64,000 bases of DNA, taken from positions 2,664,320 to 2,728,319 of the forward strand of contig NZ_AP022871.1 in the NCBI RefSeq assembly GCF_011764565.1, read 5' to 3'. Position numbers and translations under genes: made by a program. Positions 12,341 through 22,265 of the stretch are shown one piece after another; position 1 is the stretch's first letter; each line of letters opens with the position of its first letter. The notes beneath the pieces were generated by a model, which made no database searches, was not told the DNA's origin, and was given only the letters and a program-made list of their open reading frames with translations. The stretch is from Phytohabitans suffuscus (GTDB taxonomy: Bacteria > Actinomycetota > Actinomycetes > Mycobacteriales > Micromonosporaceae).

Positions 12341-13786
12341 CTAAAGGTCGACGCCGGTGAGGACCATGACGCGCGGCTCGGTGTAGTCGTCCATCGCGCT
12401 GCGCAGGCCCTCGCGGCCGACGCCGCTGGCCTTGAGGCCGCCGTAGGGCATCTGGTCGGCGCGGAACGACGGCACGTCGCCGATGATCACGCCGCCCACC
12501 TCCAGCGTGCGGTGGGCGGTGAAGGCGGTCTGCAGGTTGTGCGTGAAGACGCCGGTCTGCAGGCCGAACGCGGAGTCGTTGATCGCGGCGAAGCCGGCGT
12601 CGTCGTCGGTGACCCGCGCGACCGCGAGCACCGGGCCGAAGACCTCTTCGGTGAGCACCTTGGCACCGGCCGGCACGCCGCTCAGCACGGTGGGCGGGTA
12701 GGTCGCGCCCTGCCGGCGGCCGCCGACCAGGACGGTGGCGCCGGCGGCGACGGCCTCCTCGACCCAGCTCTCCACCCTTTTCGCCGCGTCTTCGTTGATC
12801 ATCGGACCGACGTCGACACCTTCGTCGGAGGGGTCGCCGGTCCTGAGCGCCTCGACGGCCGCGACGAGCCGGGGCACGAACGCGTCCTCCAGGTACTCGT
12901 GCACGAACACCCGCTGCACCGCCACGCAGCTCTGCCCGGCCTGGAAGTTGCCGAAGAGCGCGATCCGCCGCGCCGCGTAGTCCAGATCCTCGATCGACGA
13001 CCAGTCGCCGCAGACCAGGGCGGCCGCGTTGCCGCCAAGCTCCAGCGTCACGTGCTTGTGCGGCACCTTCTCGCGGATCGCGTACCCCACCGGGCCCGAG
13101 CCGGTGAACGACACGACCGGCAGGCGCGGGTCTTCGACCAGCGTGCCGGCGCGGTCGTTGGGCACCGGGAGCACCGAGAACATGCCCGCCGGCAGGTCGG
13201 TCTCGGCCAGCAGCGAGCCGAGCAGCAGCGCGGTCAGCGGCGTGGCCGGCGCCGGCTTGAGGATGATCGGCGCGCCCACCGCGATGGCCGGTGCGACCTT
13301 GTGGGCGACGAGGTTGAGCGGGAAGTTGAACGGGCTGATCCCGAGCACCGGCCCGCGCGCGAAGCGGCGCACGAGCGCGATCCGCCCGGCCGCCGACGGG
13401 TCGGTGTCGAGCCTCTGGAGCTCACCCGCGAAGCGGCGCGCCTCCTCGGCGGCCCACCGGAACGTGGAGGCGCCGCGCGCCACCTCGGCCCGGGCCCACT
13501 TGATCGGCTTGCCGTTTTCGGCGGTGATGAGCTGGGCCACCTCGTCGGCCCGCTCGGTGAGCCGGCGGGAGACGTGGTCCAGCGCCGCCGCGCGGGCGGC
13601 GGCGGGGAGCGCCGAGGCTTCGGCCGCCACGTCGGCGGCGGCCGCGACCGCCCGCTCGACCTGTTCGGGAGTGGCGTTCGCGGTACGCCCGACCGTGCGA
13701 CCGTCATAGGGGTGGCGCACATCGAGGAGGTCGTCGCTGGTGCTCTTCTGACCGGCCACGTAGAAGGGCGTGATCTCCATGGCCAA
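12341..13786 (-). CDS. Aldehyde dehydrogenase family protein
   Basis: 481 aa with ELGGNA, catalytic-Cys region FGNFQAGQSCVA and EEVFGPV motifs. Confidence 0.85.
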   Translation of the reverse strand: MAMEITPFYVAGQKSTSDDLLDVRHPYDGRTVGRTANATPEQVERAVAAAADVAAEASALPAAARAAALDHVSRRLTERADEVAQLITAENGKPIKWARAEVARGASTFRWAAEEARRFAGELQRLDTDPSAAGRIALVRRFARGPVLGISPFNFPLNLVAHKVAPAIAVGAPIILKPAPATPLTALLLGSLLAETDLPAGMFSVLPVPNDRAGTLVEDPRLPVVSFTGSGPVGYAIREKVPHKHVTLELGGNAAALVCGDWSSIEDLDYAARRIALFGNFQAGQSCVAVQRVFVHEYLEDAFVPRLVAAVEALRTGDPSDEGVDVGPMINEDAAKRVESWVEEAVAAGATVLVGGRRQGATYPPTVLSGVPAGAKVLTEEVFGPVLAVARVTDDDAGFAAINDSAFGLQTGVFTHNLQTAFTAHRTLEVGGVIIGDVPSFRADQMPYGGLKASGVGREGLRSAMDDYTEPRVMVLTGVDL

Positions 13787-13893
13787 ACTCTAGACCCCAA
13801 ACGGAAACAGTCGCCTGGCACCTTGTCTGCCGCGAATTCAGTCGCGAAGATGGCGGGTGAGATGCGATAACCGCCGTTCACCGGGAGACCTCG

Positions 13894-15326
13894 ATGACTG
13901 ATAAGCAAACCCTGCGCAACTTCGTCAACGGGGAGTACGTCGATCCGGTCGACGGTGGCTACAGCGACCTGGTCGACCCCTGTACCGGCGAGGTCTTCGC
14001 CCAGGCCCCGATCTCCTCCGAGCGCGACGTCGACCTCGCGATGAGCGCCGCCGCCACCGCCTTCGAGTCGTGGCGCGACGCGACGCCGGCCGAGCGGCAG
14101 AAGGCGATGCTGAAGTTCGCCGACGCGGTGGAGTCGCGGGCGGCCGAGCTTGTCGACGCCGAGGTGCGCAACACGGGCAAGCCGCGCCAGCTCACCGCCG
14201 ACGAGGAGCTGCCCCGGCCGTCGACGAGCTGCGCTTCTTCGCCGGCGCCGCCCGGATGCTGGAGGGGCGCTCGGCCGGCGAGTACATGGCGGGCCACACC
14301 TCGTACGTGCGGCGCGAGCCGATCGGCGTCGTCGGCCAGGTGACCCCGTGGAACTACCCGCTGATGATGGCGATCTGGAAGATCGCGCCGGCGCTGGCCG
14401 CGGGCAACGCGGTCGTGCTCAAGCCGTCCGACACCACCCCGGTCTCCACGCTGCTGCTCGCCGAGATCGCGTCGGAGTTCTTCCCGGCGGGCGTCTTCAA
14501 CGTGGTCTGCGGTGACCGCGACACCGGCCGCTCGCTCGTCGCCCACCCGACCCCGCAGCTGGTCTCGATCACCGGCTCCACGCGGGCCGGCAAGGAGGTC
14601 GCCGCGGCGGCCGCACCCGACCTCAAGCGCACTCACCTGGAGCTGGGCGGCAAGGCGCCGGTCGTGATCTTCGACGACGCCGACCTGGCCGCGGCGGCCG
14701 AGGCCATCGCGGTGGGCGGCTACTTCAACGCCGGCCAGGACTGCACCGCCGCCACCCGCGTGCTCGCCGGCCCCGGCGTGTACGACGACTTCGTGGCAGC
14801 GCTGGTCGAGCAGGCGCGGGAGACCAAGACCGGCCTCCCGGACGACGAGGACGTGCTCTACGGCCCGCTCAACAACGCCAACCAACTCGCCCGCGTGACC
14901 GGCTTCGTGGACCGGCTGCCCGACCACGCCGCGCTCGGCATCGGCGGCTCGCGCGTCGGCGACCGCGGCTTCTTCTACGCGCCCACGGTCGTGTCGGGCG
15001 TGCGGCAGCAGGACGAGATCATCCAGGACGAGGTCTTCGGGCCGGTGATCACGGTGCAGCGCTTCACCGACGAGGAGGAGGCGGTGCGCTGGGCGAACGG
15101 CGTCGAGTACGGCCTCTCCGCCTCGGTGTGGACCAAGGACCACGGGCGCGCGATGCGGATGACCCGCCGGCTCGACTTCGGCTGCGTGTGGGTCAACACC
15201 CACATCCCGTTCGTCTCCGAGATGCCGCACGGCGGGTTCAAGCACTCCGGGCACGGCAAGGACCTTTCCGTGTACAGCCTGGAGGACTACACCCGGATCA
15301 AGCACGTCATGCACAACTGGGGTTAG
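13894..15326 (+). CDS. Aldehyde dehydrogenase (gamma-aminobutyraldehyde/succinate-semialdehyde type); apparent -1 frameshift near 14212
   Basis: N-terminal part in frame 13894 (...NTGKPRQLTADEELP), remainder in frame 14070 (AVDELRFFAGAAR...ELGGKAP...GQDCTAA...EVFGPV). Junction lies in a C-run. Confidence 0.75.
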
Positions 15327-15329
15327 GCG

Positions 15330-16679
15330 ATGCCCACTTCGGAGGAAATCCACAAGCGGCGTACGGCGGCGGTGGCCCGCGGCGTCGGCAGCGTCATCAG
15401 CTCCTATGTGGACCACGCGGGCGGCGGCACGCTGACCGATGTGGACGGTCGGGAGTGGATCGACTTCGCTTCCGGCATCGCGGTCACCTCCGTCGGCAAC
15501 TCGGCTCCCCGGGTCGTCGAGGCGGTGCGCGAGCAGGTGGCCCGCTTCACCCACACCTGCTTCATGGTCGCGCCGTACGAGTCCTATGTGGCCGTCGCCG
15601 AGACACTGAACGCGTTGACGCCGGGCGGGTTCGACAAGCGCACGGCGCTCTTCAACTCCGGCGCCGAGGCGGTGGAGAACGCCGTGAAGATCGCCCGGCA
15701 CGCGACCGGGCGGCCGGCCATCGTGGTGTTCGACCACGCGTACCACGGGCGCACCAACCTCACGATGGCGATGACGGCCAAGAACATGCCGTACAAGCAC
15801 CGGTTCGGCCCGTTCGCCGGGGAGATCTACCGGGTGCCGATGTCGTACCCGTTCCGGGACGGCGGCCTCAGCGGTGCGGAGGCCGCCGCCCGCGCGCTGG
15901 ACCAGGTGGACAAGCAGGTCGGCGCGGCCAACGTGGCAGCGGTCATCGCCGAGCCGATCCAGGGCGAGGGCGGCTTCGTCGTCCCCGCGGACGGCTTCCT
16001 GCCCGCGCTGGCCGCCTGGTGCCGCGACGCCGGCGCGCTCTTCGTGGCCGACGAGATCCAGACCGGCTTCTGCCGCACGGGGTCGTGGTTCGCCTGCGAG
16101 TGGGAGGGCGCCGTTTCCGGCGCTGCTGCGCGTGCCCACGTCGCGGACCCGCGACGTGGGCACGCGCGGCGAGAGGAGTGGGCACCCGACCTGGTCACCA
16201 TCGCCAAGGGCATCGCCGGCGGGCTGCCGCTCGGCGGGGTCACCGGGCGCGCGGAGATCATGGACGCGGTGCACCCGGGCGGGCTCGGCGGCACGTACGG
16301 CGGCAACCCGCTCGCCTGCGCCGCCGCCCTGGCCGCGATCGAGACCATGCGCGAGCTGGACCTCGCCGCGGCGGCCCGCCGGATCGAGTCGGTGACGATG
16401 CCGCGCCTGCGCGCCCTGGCCGAGCGCGACCCGCGCATCGGCGACGTACGCGGGCGCGGCGCGATGCTCGCCGTGGAGATCGTCGCGCCCGGCACCATCA
16501 TCCCGGACGCGGCCACGGCCGGCGCTGTCTCGGCCGCCTGCCACCGGTCCGGCCTGCTCACGCTGACCTGCGGCACGTACGGCAACGTGCTCCGCTTCCT
16601 GCCACCCCTGGTGATCGGCGACACGACGCTGGCGCGCGCCCTGGAAATCCTCGACGGGGCCTTCGACACCACCACCTGA
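15330..16679 (+). CDS. gabT: 4-aminobutyrate aminotransferase-like class-III PLP aminotransferase carrying a 22-aa palindromic in-frame insertion
   Basis: Collinear with GabT (DHAYHGRT, ADEIQTGFCRTG, TIAKGIAGG, GTYGGNP). There is extra sequence SGAAARAHVADPRRGHARREEW between FACEWEG and APDL. Confidence 0.8.
   Translation: MPTSEEIHKRRTAAVARGVGSVISSYVDHAGGGTLTDVDGREWIDFASGIAVTSVGNSAPRVVEAVREQVARFTHTCFMVAPYESYVAVAETLNALTPGGFDKRTALFNSGAEAVENAVKIARHATGRPAIVVFDHAYHGRTNLTMAMTAKNMPYKHRFGPFAGEIYRVPMSYPFRDGGLSGAEAAARALDQVDKQVGAANVAAVIAEPIQGEGGFVVPADGFLPALAAWCRDAGALFVADEIQTGFCRTGSWFACEWEGAVSGAAARAHVADPRRGHARREEWAPDLVTIAKGIAGGLPLGGVTGRAEIMDAVHPGGLGGTYGGNPLACAAALAAIETMRELDLAAAARRIESVTMPRLRALAERDPRIGDVRGRGAMLAVEIVAPGTIIPDAATAGAVSAACHRSGLLTLTCGTYGNVLRFLPPLVIGDTTLARALEILDGAFDTTT
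16128..16167. repeat. Perfect 19-bp inverted repeat inside the gabT coding sequence
   Basis: gcgcgtgcccacgtcgcgg-ac-ccgcgacgtgggcacgcgc, flanked by a gagtggg direct repeat (16100 and 16178). Confidence 0.6.
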
Positions 16680-16760
16680 CCACCACACCCACCGCGGGCA
16701 TCGCGTTAGCTCGAATCGCCCTGATCGCCCGGGAGCCGGGCGCGCGGAAAGCCCCGGCCG

Positions 16761-16818
16761 CGCGGGAAGGCGGGCGGTCGCGCGGGAAGGCGGGCGGTCG
16801 CGCGGGAAGGCGGGCGGG
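16761..16818. repeat. 20-bp tandem direct repeat (about 2.9 copies) in a convergent intergenic region
   Basis: cgcgggaaggcgggcggtcg repeated twice exactly, plus a partial third copy. Confidence 0.7.
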
Positions 16819-16835
16819 AGGAAAGACGCGGGCGG

Positions 16836-17243
16836 CTACGAGGCGGCGAGTGCGCTGAAGGCGGGCAGGTGGTGGTCGGCGCGGCCGGCGAAGAGGGCCA
16901 TCTCGTAGGCGATCGCGTCGACGTCGGAGTCGGCTTCGAAGACGACGGCGAGGATGGCGCCGCCGGCGGTGGCGGTGACGAAGAGGAACTTCTCCCGCAT
17001 CTCGATGGTGATCTGGCGGACGCCGCCGCTCTCGGTGTGGCGGCCGGCTGCCACGGCCAGGGCGTACAGGCCGGCGGCCACAGTGGACAGCTGGTCGGCG
17101 GCTATCGGGCCGGCGTGGCGGGAGGCGGCCAGCAGGAGGCCGTCGGGAGAGATGGCCACCGCGTGCTCCGCGCCCGGAACGCGGTCGACGACGTCGTCGA
17201 GAAGCCAGGCCAGGTCTTCGCTCGTTACCGCCGGGTGCGCCAC
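16836..17243 (-). CDS. Roadblock/LC7 (MglB-like) domain protein
   Basis: About 136 aa from the GTG at 17243 (RBS GAGGGGG). C-terminal region matches the roadblock fold pattern (…ISPDGLLLAAS…VFEADSDVDAIAYEMALF). The long Arg/Gly-rich N-terminus in the track is rejected. Confidence 0.6.
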   Translation of the reverse strand: MAHPAVTSEDLAWLLDDVVDRVPGAEHAVAISPDGLLLAASRHAGPIAADQLSTVAAGLYALAVAAGRHTESGGVRQITIEMREKFLFVTATAGGAILAVVFEADSDVDAIAYEMALFAGRADHHLPAFSALAAS

Positions 17244-17269
17244 GTCGTCATTCCCCCTCGTCGTAACCT

Positions 17270-19834
17270 TCAGTCCATCGGGCGTCGCGGCCAAGGTGCC
17301 CGGCGCGACGCTGCGCCCGGCCGGTCCGCGGACATGGCACGCAGCTTGGCCAGCAGGTCGCCGCGGTTGGCGCAGCCCAGTCGCTGGCGCATGCGTGCCA
17401 CGTGGTGCTCGACCGTCTTGGCCGATATGAAGAGGCGGTCGCCGATCTGCCGATACGTCAGCCCGTCGAGTACCAGATCCGCCACCTCCTGTTCCCGCTC
17501 GCTGAGCAGGCTCTCCGCGGGCGCGGTGAACGCCTCTGTGACCTGCGCCACGGCCGGCTGAGCCGCGGTCTGGGCGCCGCCTGCGCGGGCCGAGCCCTGA
17601 AGCAGCCGGGCACAGTCCAGCAGAGCGGTCATGGCCTTGCGGTCCGACGTACGGATCGCGGCCTGCCCCGCCAGCCGTGCTCCGTCCCACCAGAGTCCCG
17701 CACCGTGCAAACCCCTCGCGGCAGCCTCCACTTTGGCCGGATCGACCGCCCCACGCAGTGTCTCCAGCCAGCTCTCCGCGGCTGCCGCTACCACCGCACC
17801 GTACCGGCTGTGCTGGGCGGTCGCCACCAATGCGGCGGCGTGTTCATCGGCAGTTGTTGGTTCCTCGGCGATGATGGCGGCGTGCAGGGCGCACCAGTGC
17901 AGCGGCGCCGTCCACAGTGGTGGGCGGCCGAGGCGGTCGAGAAGCCGCCACGCCTCGGCCAGATGGGTGGCCATCCGGGCCTGCTCCCCCAGTCGGGCGG
18001 CGGCGACAGCCAGCTCACCGAGGGGCAGCAGTGAGTACAGGTCGACGGGGTGCCGCATGACCGCCTCGCGGGCCTGTGCCCAGGCGCGGTGCAGCCCCGC
18101 CAGGTCGCTTTCGCGGCGGGCGATGCCGGCGTCGAGCGCGGTGGCGTAGAGCAGGTCGCGCGGCTCGAGTGGGCCGGTGCCGGCGGCGGCGCGGTGCTCG
18201 GCCGCCGACGCGGTGCGTCCGCGCACCATCTGCATCCAGCCGAGCAACAGACGGTGGCGGCGCGACATCAGGGCGGCACCGACGTCGGCGGCGACCGCCC
18301 GGTCGAGCACGGACTCGCCGGTGTCCAACTCGCCACAGTGGATGGCCACGAGCGCGGCGAGCGCGGCCGGGCTGTCGGGCAGCAGCACCGCCCGGCCGGC
18401 CGGCTCCAGGAGCGCGGCCGCCTGTACCAATGTGGACAATGCCGCCGTGGCCGAGCCGGAAAGGGATTCCCGGATCCCGCTCGCCATCAGGGCGGCCGCG
18501 CCGGTGAGCAGGGTGGGCGGGCCGTCCGGCGGCACCAGGTCGTCGGCCCGTCCGAGCTGCCCGGTGCCGATGAAGCCGATCGCCGCGAACGACACCGACG
18601 ACGTCGTGCCCGACCACCGGTACAGCTCCGCGCTGCGGCCGAGCTGCCCGCGATGGGCGAGCGCGGAGCCCGATACCGCCGCGCCCACCGCGCGGTCGGG
18701 CGAGCCCTCGGCGGCGACGAGGCGGTCGGCGAGGCGGAGGCCGGCGTCGAGGTCGCCGGAGAGCGCGGCGGCCAGCGCGCGGCGCGCGGCGGTGGGCCGC
18801 CCGGCGGACGCGGCGACCGCGAACAGCTCCGCGGCCAGCGCCGGCTCGTCCACCAGTGCCTCTTCGGCCGCGGCCTCGAACATGGCGGCCAGGCCACCGC
18901 CGCCCACCCCGGCGTCGCGCAGGGCCCGCACGAGCGGGAGTACGGCGCCGCCGCGGGCCAGCTGCAGCTCGGCGAGGCGTTGCCACACGGCGGTGCGCTG
19001 CGCGGCGGGGCTGAGCGAGGCGACCGCGCGGCGGGCCACCGGCACCAGCCGGCCGTCGGGCGCCACGAGGCCGGTGGCCCGCGCGGCGTCCAGCAGGTCG
19101 TCGACCGCCTCGGGCGCGCGGTCGAGCAGCGCGCCGAGCAGGTCGGCGGGAAGCTCCACGCCGGTGGCGGCGGCGAGCAGCAGCCCGCGTAGGTCGGCGT
19201 CGAGGTCGTCCAGGTCGGTCCGGAACCGCACGAGCACCTGCGGCGGCAGGCCGGCGTCCGTCCGCTCGACAGTTGGCGCCAGCCGGTCCACCAGCCGGGG
19301 CACGCCACCGGTCTGCGCGAACACGTGCCTGGCGGCCGCGGTGCCAGGCTCGACGCCCAGGTGCTCGGCCGTGCGCTCGGCGGTGAAGGGGCTCAGCACC
19401 AGCGGTGGACCGTCCTGCCGCAGCAGCTCCAGCAGCTCGGCGAGAGCCGCTGGGCGGGGCCACGGCCGGTACGCGAGCACGATCCCCGGCCGCCGTGCCT
19501 CGACGAGCGCGCGCACCTCGCGGAGCCTTTCCTCTCCCACTCTGTGGGCGTCATCCAGGAACAGTACGAACGGACCGTCCTGCGGTGACATCTCCTGCCA
19601 CGCGTCGAGCACCGGCACGTCCGCCCGCCGGTAGATCCGGGTCAGCTCGCGCAGCAGCAGGCTCTTGCCGTACCCGCCGGGGGCCTGGACGGCGACCCGC
19701 AGCGGTGCGTGCGGCGCGACCGTGGCCGCGTCGAGCAACGCCGCGGTCGGCTCGTCCAGGACGAGCCGCGGGGCCGGGACGGTCCGCGAGTCGCGGGGGC
19801 CCCGCGGCGGAGCGCCGGCGTGGGCGGCTTTCAA
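17270..19834 (-). CDS. LAL/STAND-type LuxR-family regulator, candidate IniR-like regulator of iniBAC
   Basis: 854 aa with N-terminal P-loop (GGYGKS), a long helical repeat region and a C-terminal LuxR HTH (LSEREQEVADLVLDGLTYRQIGDRLFISAKTVEHHV). Adjacent and divergent to iniB-iniA-iniC, as is IniR in mycobacteria. Confidence 0.7.
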   Translation of the reverse strand: MKAAHAGAPPRGPRDSRTVPAPRLVLDEPTAALLDAATVAPHAPLRVAVQAPGGYGKSLLLRELTRIYRRADVPVLDAWQEMSPQDGPFVLFLDDAHRVGEERLREVRALVEARRPGIVLAYRPWPRPAALAELLELLRQDGPPLVLSPFTAERTAEHLGVEPGTAAARHVFAQTGGVPRLVDRLAPTVERTDAGLPPQVLVRFRTDLDDLDADLRGLLLAAATGVELPADLLGALLDRAPEAVDDLLDAARATGLVAPDGRLVPVARRAVASLSPAAQRTAVWQRLAELQLARGGAVLPLVRALRDAGVGGGGLAAMFEAAAEEALVDEPALAAELFAVAASAGRPTAARRALAAALSGDLDAGLRLADRLVAAEGSPDRAVGAAVSGSALAHRGQLGRSAELYRWSGTTSSVSFAAIGFIGTGQLGRADDLVPPDGPPTLLTGAAALMASGIRESLSGSATAALSTLVQAAALLEPAGRAVLLPDSPAALAALVAIHCGELDTGESVLDRAVAADVGAALMSRRHRLLLGWMQMVRGRTASAAEHRAAAGTGPLEPRDLLYATALDAGIARRESDLAGLHRAWAQAREAVMRHPVDLYSLLPLGELAVAAARLGEQARMATHLAEAWRLLDRLGRPPLWTAPLHWCALHAAIIAEEPTTADEHAAALVATAQHSRYGAVVAAAAESWLETLRGAVDPAKVEAAARGLHGAGLWWDGARLAGQAAIRTSDRKAMTALLDCARLLQGSARAGGAQTAAQPAVAQVTEAFTAPAESLLSEREQEVADLVLDGLTYRQIGDRLFISAKTVEHHVARMRQRLGCANRGDLLAKLRAMSADRPGAASRRAPWPRRPMD

Positions 19835-21090
19835 GCTAGGCCTCCTACCAGGCCGAAGAGGCGCTGTGTCGGGCGGAGTCGCAACGGGCTGATCTCGACG
19901 GGCGGCCTGGGTGGCGGGCCGGCGTCCATGCCCTCTTGCACGAGCGGCGGCGGCTCATGGTTCGACGCTTCGATGGCCTGTTGCTCCGGAATCCACATTG
20001 GATCCCGCCGCCACGCCCCGGGCGGCGAGACGACCTGCACCGCGGCGAGCGCCCCACCCAGGGCGGCCGTGGTCTGCGGCTCGGCCTCCACGCCGACCGG
20101 GCCGGGCAGTGCGGCGCGGAGCAGCTCCGCGACGAGCGGCATCCGCGCCGCGCCACCCAGCAGGAGGACACCGTCCAGCTCACGCCGCCCCAGGCCGCAG
20201 GAATCGATCACCTGCGCCAGCGTGCCGACGCTCAGCTCCAGCGCCGGCCGGACCAGCTCTTCGAGCTCGGCCCGGGTGACCGGCACCCGCACGTGCCCGT
20301 GAGACGTGCTGAGCACCACCTCGGCCTCGGTGGCCGTGGTCAGCTCCTCCTTCACCCGCCGGCACTCCCGGCGCAGCCCGAAGAGCGCGATCCGGGCCTG
20401 CGGGCCACTCGCGAACACCTCCCGCAGCTCCCGGTCGAGCCGCGACCGCACATGGCCGACGAGAGCCTCGTCGACGTCCGCGCCGCCGAACGGCTCGATC
20501 GCGCCGGCACTGCCGAGGAGTTGGAAACCGATGCCCTCCGCCGATCGCACGACGGAAGCCTCGTAGCCGCTGCCGCCCAGGGAGTACACACCGAACGCAC
20601 GGCCCCTCCAGCCGCGTGCGGCGTGACTCTCGGCAGCGACGACGGGCTCCGGCAGCAACGTGGCGTTGGCCAGGCCGATCTCCCACAGCGCCCGGTGCAG
20701 CAGCTCCCGGCGATACGCGCCCCATGCGGCGGGGTGGCTGATCACCACCTGCTCGGCCGGCTCTCCCTCATGAGCCAGCACCCGCTCGACCACCCACATG
20801 GCCAGCACGGCGGTGAGCGCCTGCGGTGTGCAGGGCTCCCCACCGACGATCTGCGGCACGTCATCGCCGATGCGCCGGACGAAACCGCGGGCCACCCGCC
20901 CCGCGTCCAGCCGCACCGGCTCGCCGACGGTGAGCGCACCGTCGCCAGACACGTGCAGCACCGACGGAACGGCCGTGGACCGCGGTCCCAGCCGTACGAC
21001 CTCAGGCGCCGACCATCCCGCGTTACCCAGCCGCGAGACGGCGGCGGTCGTGGTCGTCCCACCGATGTCGATCCCCAGCACGTATGGCAT
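19831..21090 (-). CDS. Hsp70/actin-fold ATPase-like protein
   Basis: LGIDIGGTTTTAAV phosphate-1 motif and a DnaK-like NBD pattern; 419 aa; ATGA overlap with the LAL regulator start. Confidence 0.6.
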   Translation of the reverse strand: MPYVLGIDIGGTTTTAAVSRLGNAGWSAPEVVRLGPRSTAVPSVLHVSGDGALTVGEPVRLDAGRVARGFVRRIGDDVPQIVGGEPCTPQALTAVLAMWVVERVLAHEGEPAEQVVISHPAAWGAYRRELLHRALWEIGLANATLLPEPVVAAESHAARGWRGRAFGVYSLGGSGYEASVVRSAEGIGFQLLGSAGAIEPFGGADVDEALVGHVRSRLDRELREVFASGPQARIALFGLRRECRRVKEELTTATEAEVVLSTSHGHVRVPVTRAELEELVRPALELSVGTLAQVIDSCGLGRRELDGVLLLGGAARMPLVAELLRAALPGPVGVEAEPQTTAALGGALAAVQVVSPPGAWRRDPMWIPEQQAIEASNHEPPPLVQEGMDAGPPPRPPVEISPLRLRPTQRLFGLVGGLA

Positions 21091-21249
21091 CCGAACGCTC
21101 TCCTCCCAGCGGACCCATACGTTCGTACCAGAGATGTTCGTGCAGCTGAGCCACTAATTCTGGGGCGGCGGACCCCCTAATCCCCTAACCCGGAAACCCG
21201 GCGCGGTCCCCGATGCCCGGGGGATCACCGCACTCCTACGGTCTGCGAC

Positions 21250-22158
21250 ATGGAATCGACCCAGACACTGCACGACTTCGTGCTTAACCTCCTCACCAAC
21301 CCTGAGGCGCGCTCGGCGTTCGAGCTGGACCCAGAGGGCACGCTGAACGCCGCGGGGCTCGGTGACATCACCGCCGCGGACGTGCAGGACGTGGTCCCCC
21401 TGGTCGTGGACTACGCGCCCGTACAGGGGATCACCGGCCTGGTCCCGGGCGACCTGGGCTTGGGCCAGATCGGCGCGCTCGACGGTGACGCCACCAACGT
21501 GATCGGCCAGCTCCAGACGGTCACCCAGCAGCTTTCCGCCGGCGTACCCACCCCCAGCGCCGACGCCAACGTCAACGTCGCCGCGGTCGGCGCGATCACC
21601 GTCGACACCAGCGGTGTCAGCCTCGCGACCACCGGGCTCATCCCCGGTCTCGGCGTCGCGGCCAGCACGTCCGGCGCCTCGGTCGACCTCTCCGGCGCGC
21701 ACGACCTGGCCGGCACGCTCGACTCCGACATCGTCGGTACGGTCGGCGCGGACGCGACCGGCACGGTCGACGCGACGCTGGGCACGGCCACCGGCCTGGT
21801 CCCGGGCGCGCCGGTGGACAGCGTGCTCGGCACCACCGACGACACCCTGGGCACCGTCGACGCGCAGCTCGACGGCGTGACCGGCCTGGTCGGCTCGCTG
21901 ACCGCCCCGCTCGGCGTCCCGCCGGTCGACCTGCCGGAGCTGGACGACACCCTGGGCAACGACTCGCTGCTGGGCGGCGCCACGGGCACTGTGAACAGCA
22001 CGCTCGACGGCGTCGGCGTGGGCGGCATCCTCGGCGGCGGCGCGGAGGCGCACGGATCGGCGAGCGCGGCCGGCCTGCACGGCACGGTCCACGGCTCGGC
22101 GAGCGCCGACGCGCACGCCAACGGCGGCCTGCTCGGCGTCACCGACATCCTGTTCTGA
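21250..22158 (+). CDS. iniB: IniB N-terminal-domain protein with Gly/Thr/Val-rich repeats
   Basis: N-terminus MESTQTLHDFVLNLLTNPEARSAFELDPEGTLNAAGL matches the conserved IniB N-domain. The remainder is a low-complexity G/A/T/V repeat as in mycobacterial IniB. Confidence 0.65.
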   Translation: MESTQTLHDFVLNLLTNPEARSAFELDPEGTLNAAGLGDITAADVQDVVPLVVDYAPVQGITGLVPGDLGLGQIGALDGDATNVIGQLQTVTQQLSAGVPTPSADANVNVAAVGAITVDTSGVSLATTGLIPGLGVAASTSGASVDLSGAHDLAGTLDSDIVGTVGADATGTVDATLGTATGLVPGAPVDSVLGTTDDTLGTVDAQLDGVTGLVGSLTAPLGVPPVDLPELDDTLGNDSLLGGATGTVNSTLDGVGVGGILGGGAEAHGSASAAGLHGTVHGSASADAHANGGLLGVTDILF

Positions 22159-22265
22159 ACCCGTCCGGAGAACCAGGCGTCACGGCTGGTTCTCGCAGCG
22201 TCACCGCGGTGCCAGGGATGGGAGGCCGGACTCGGGCCCGGCCTCCCATCCCACTTGATATATGA

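Noticed and set aside
16761-16818. CRISPR array
   Set aside because: Only direct tandem copies of a 20-bp unit with no spacers, and no cas genes nearby.
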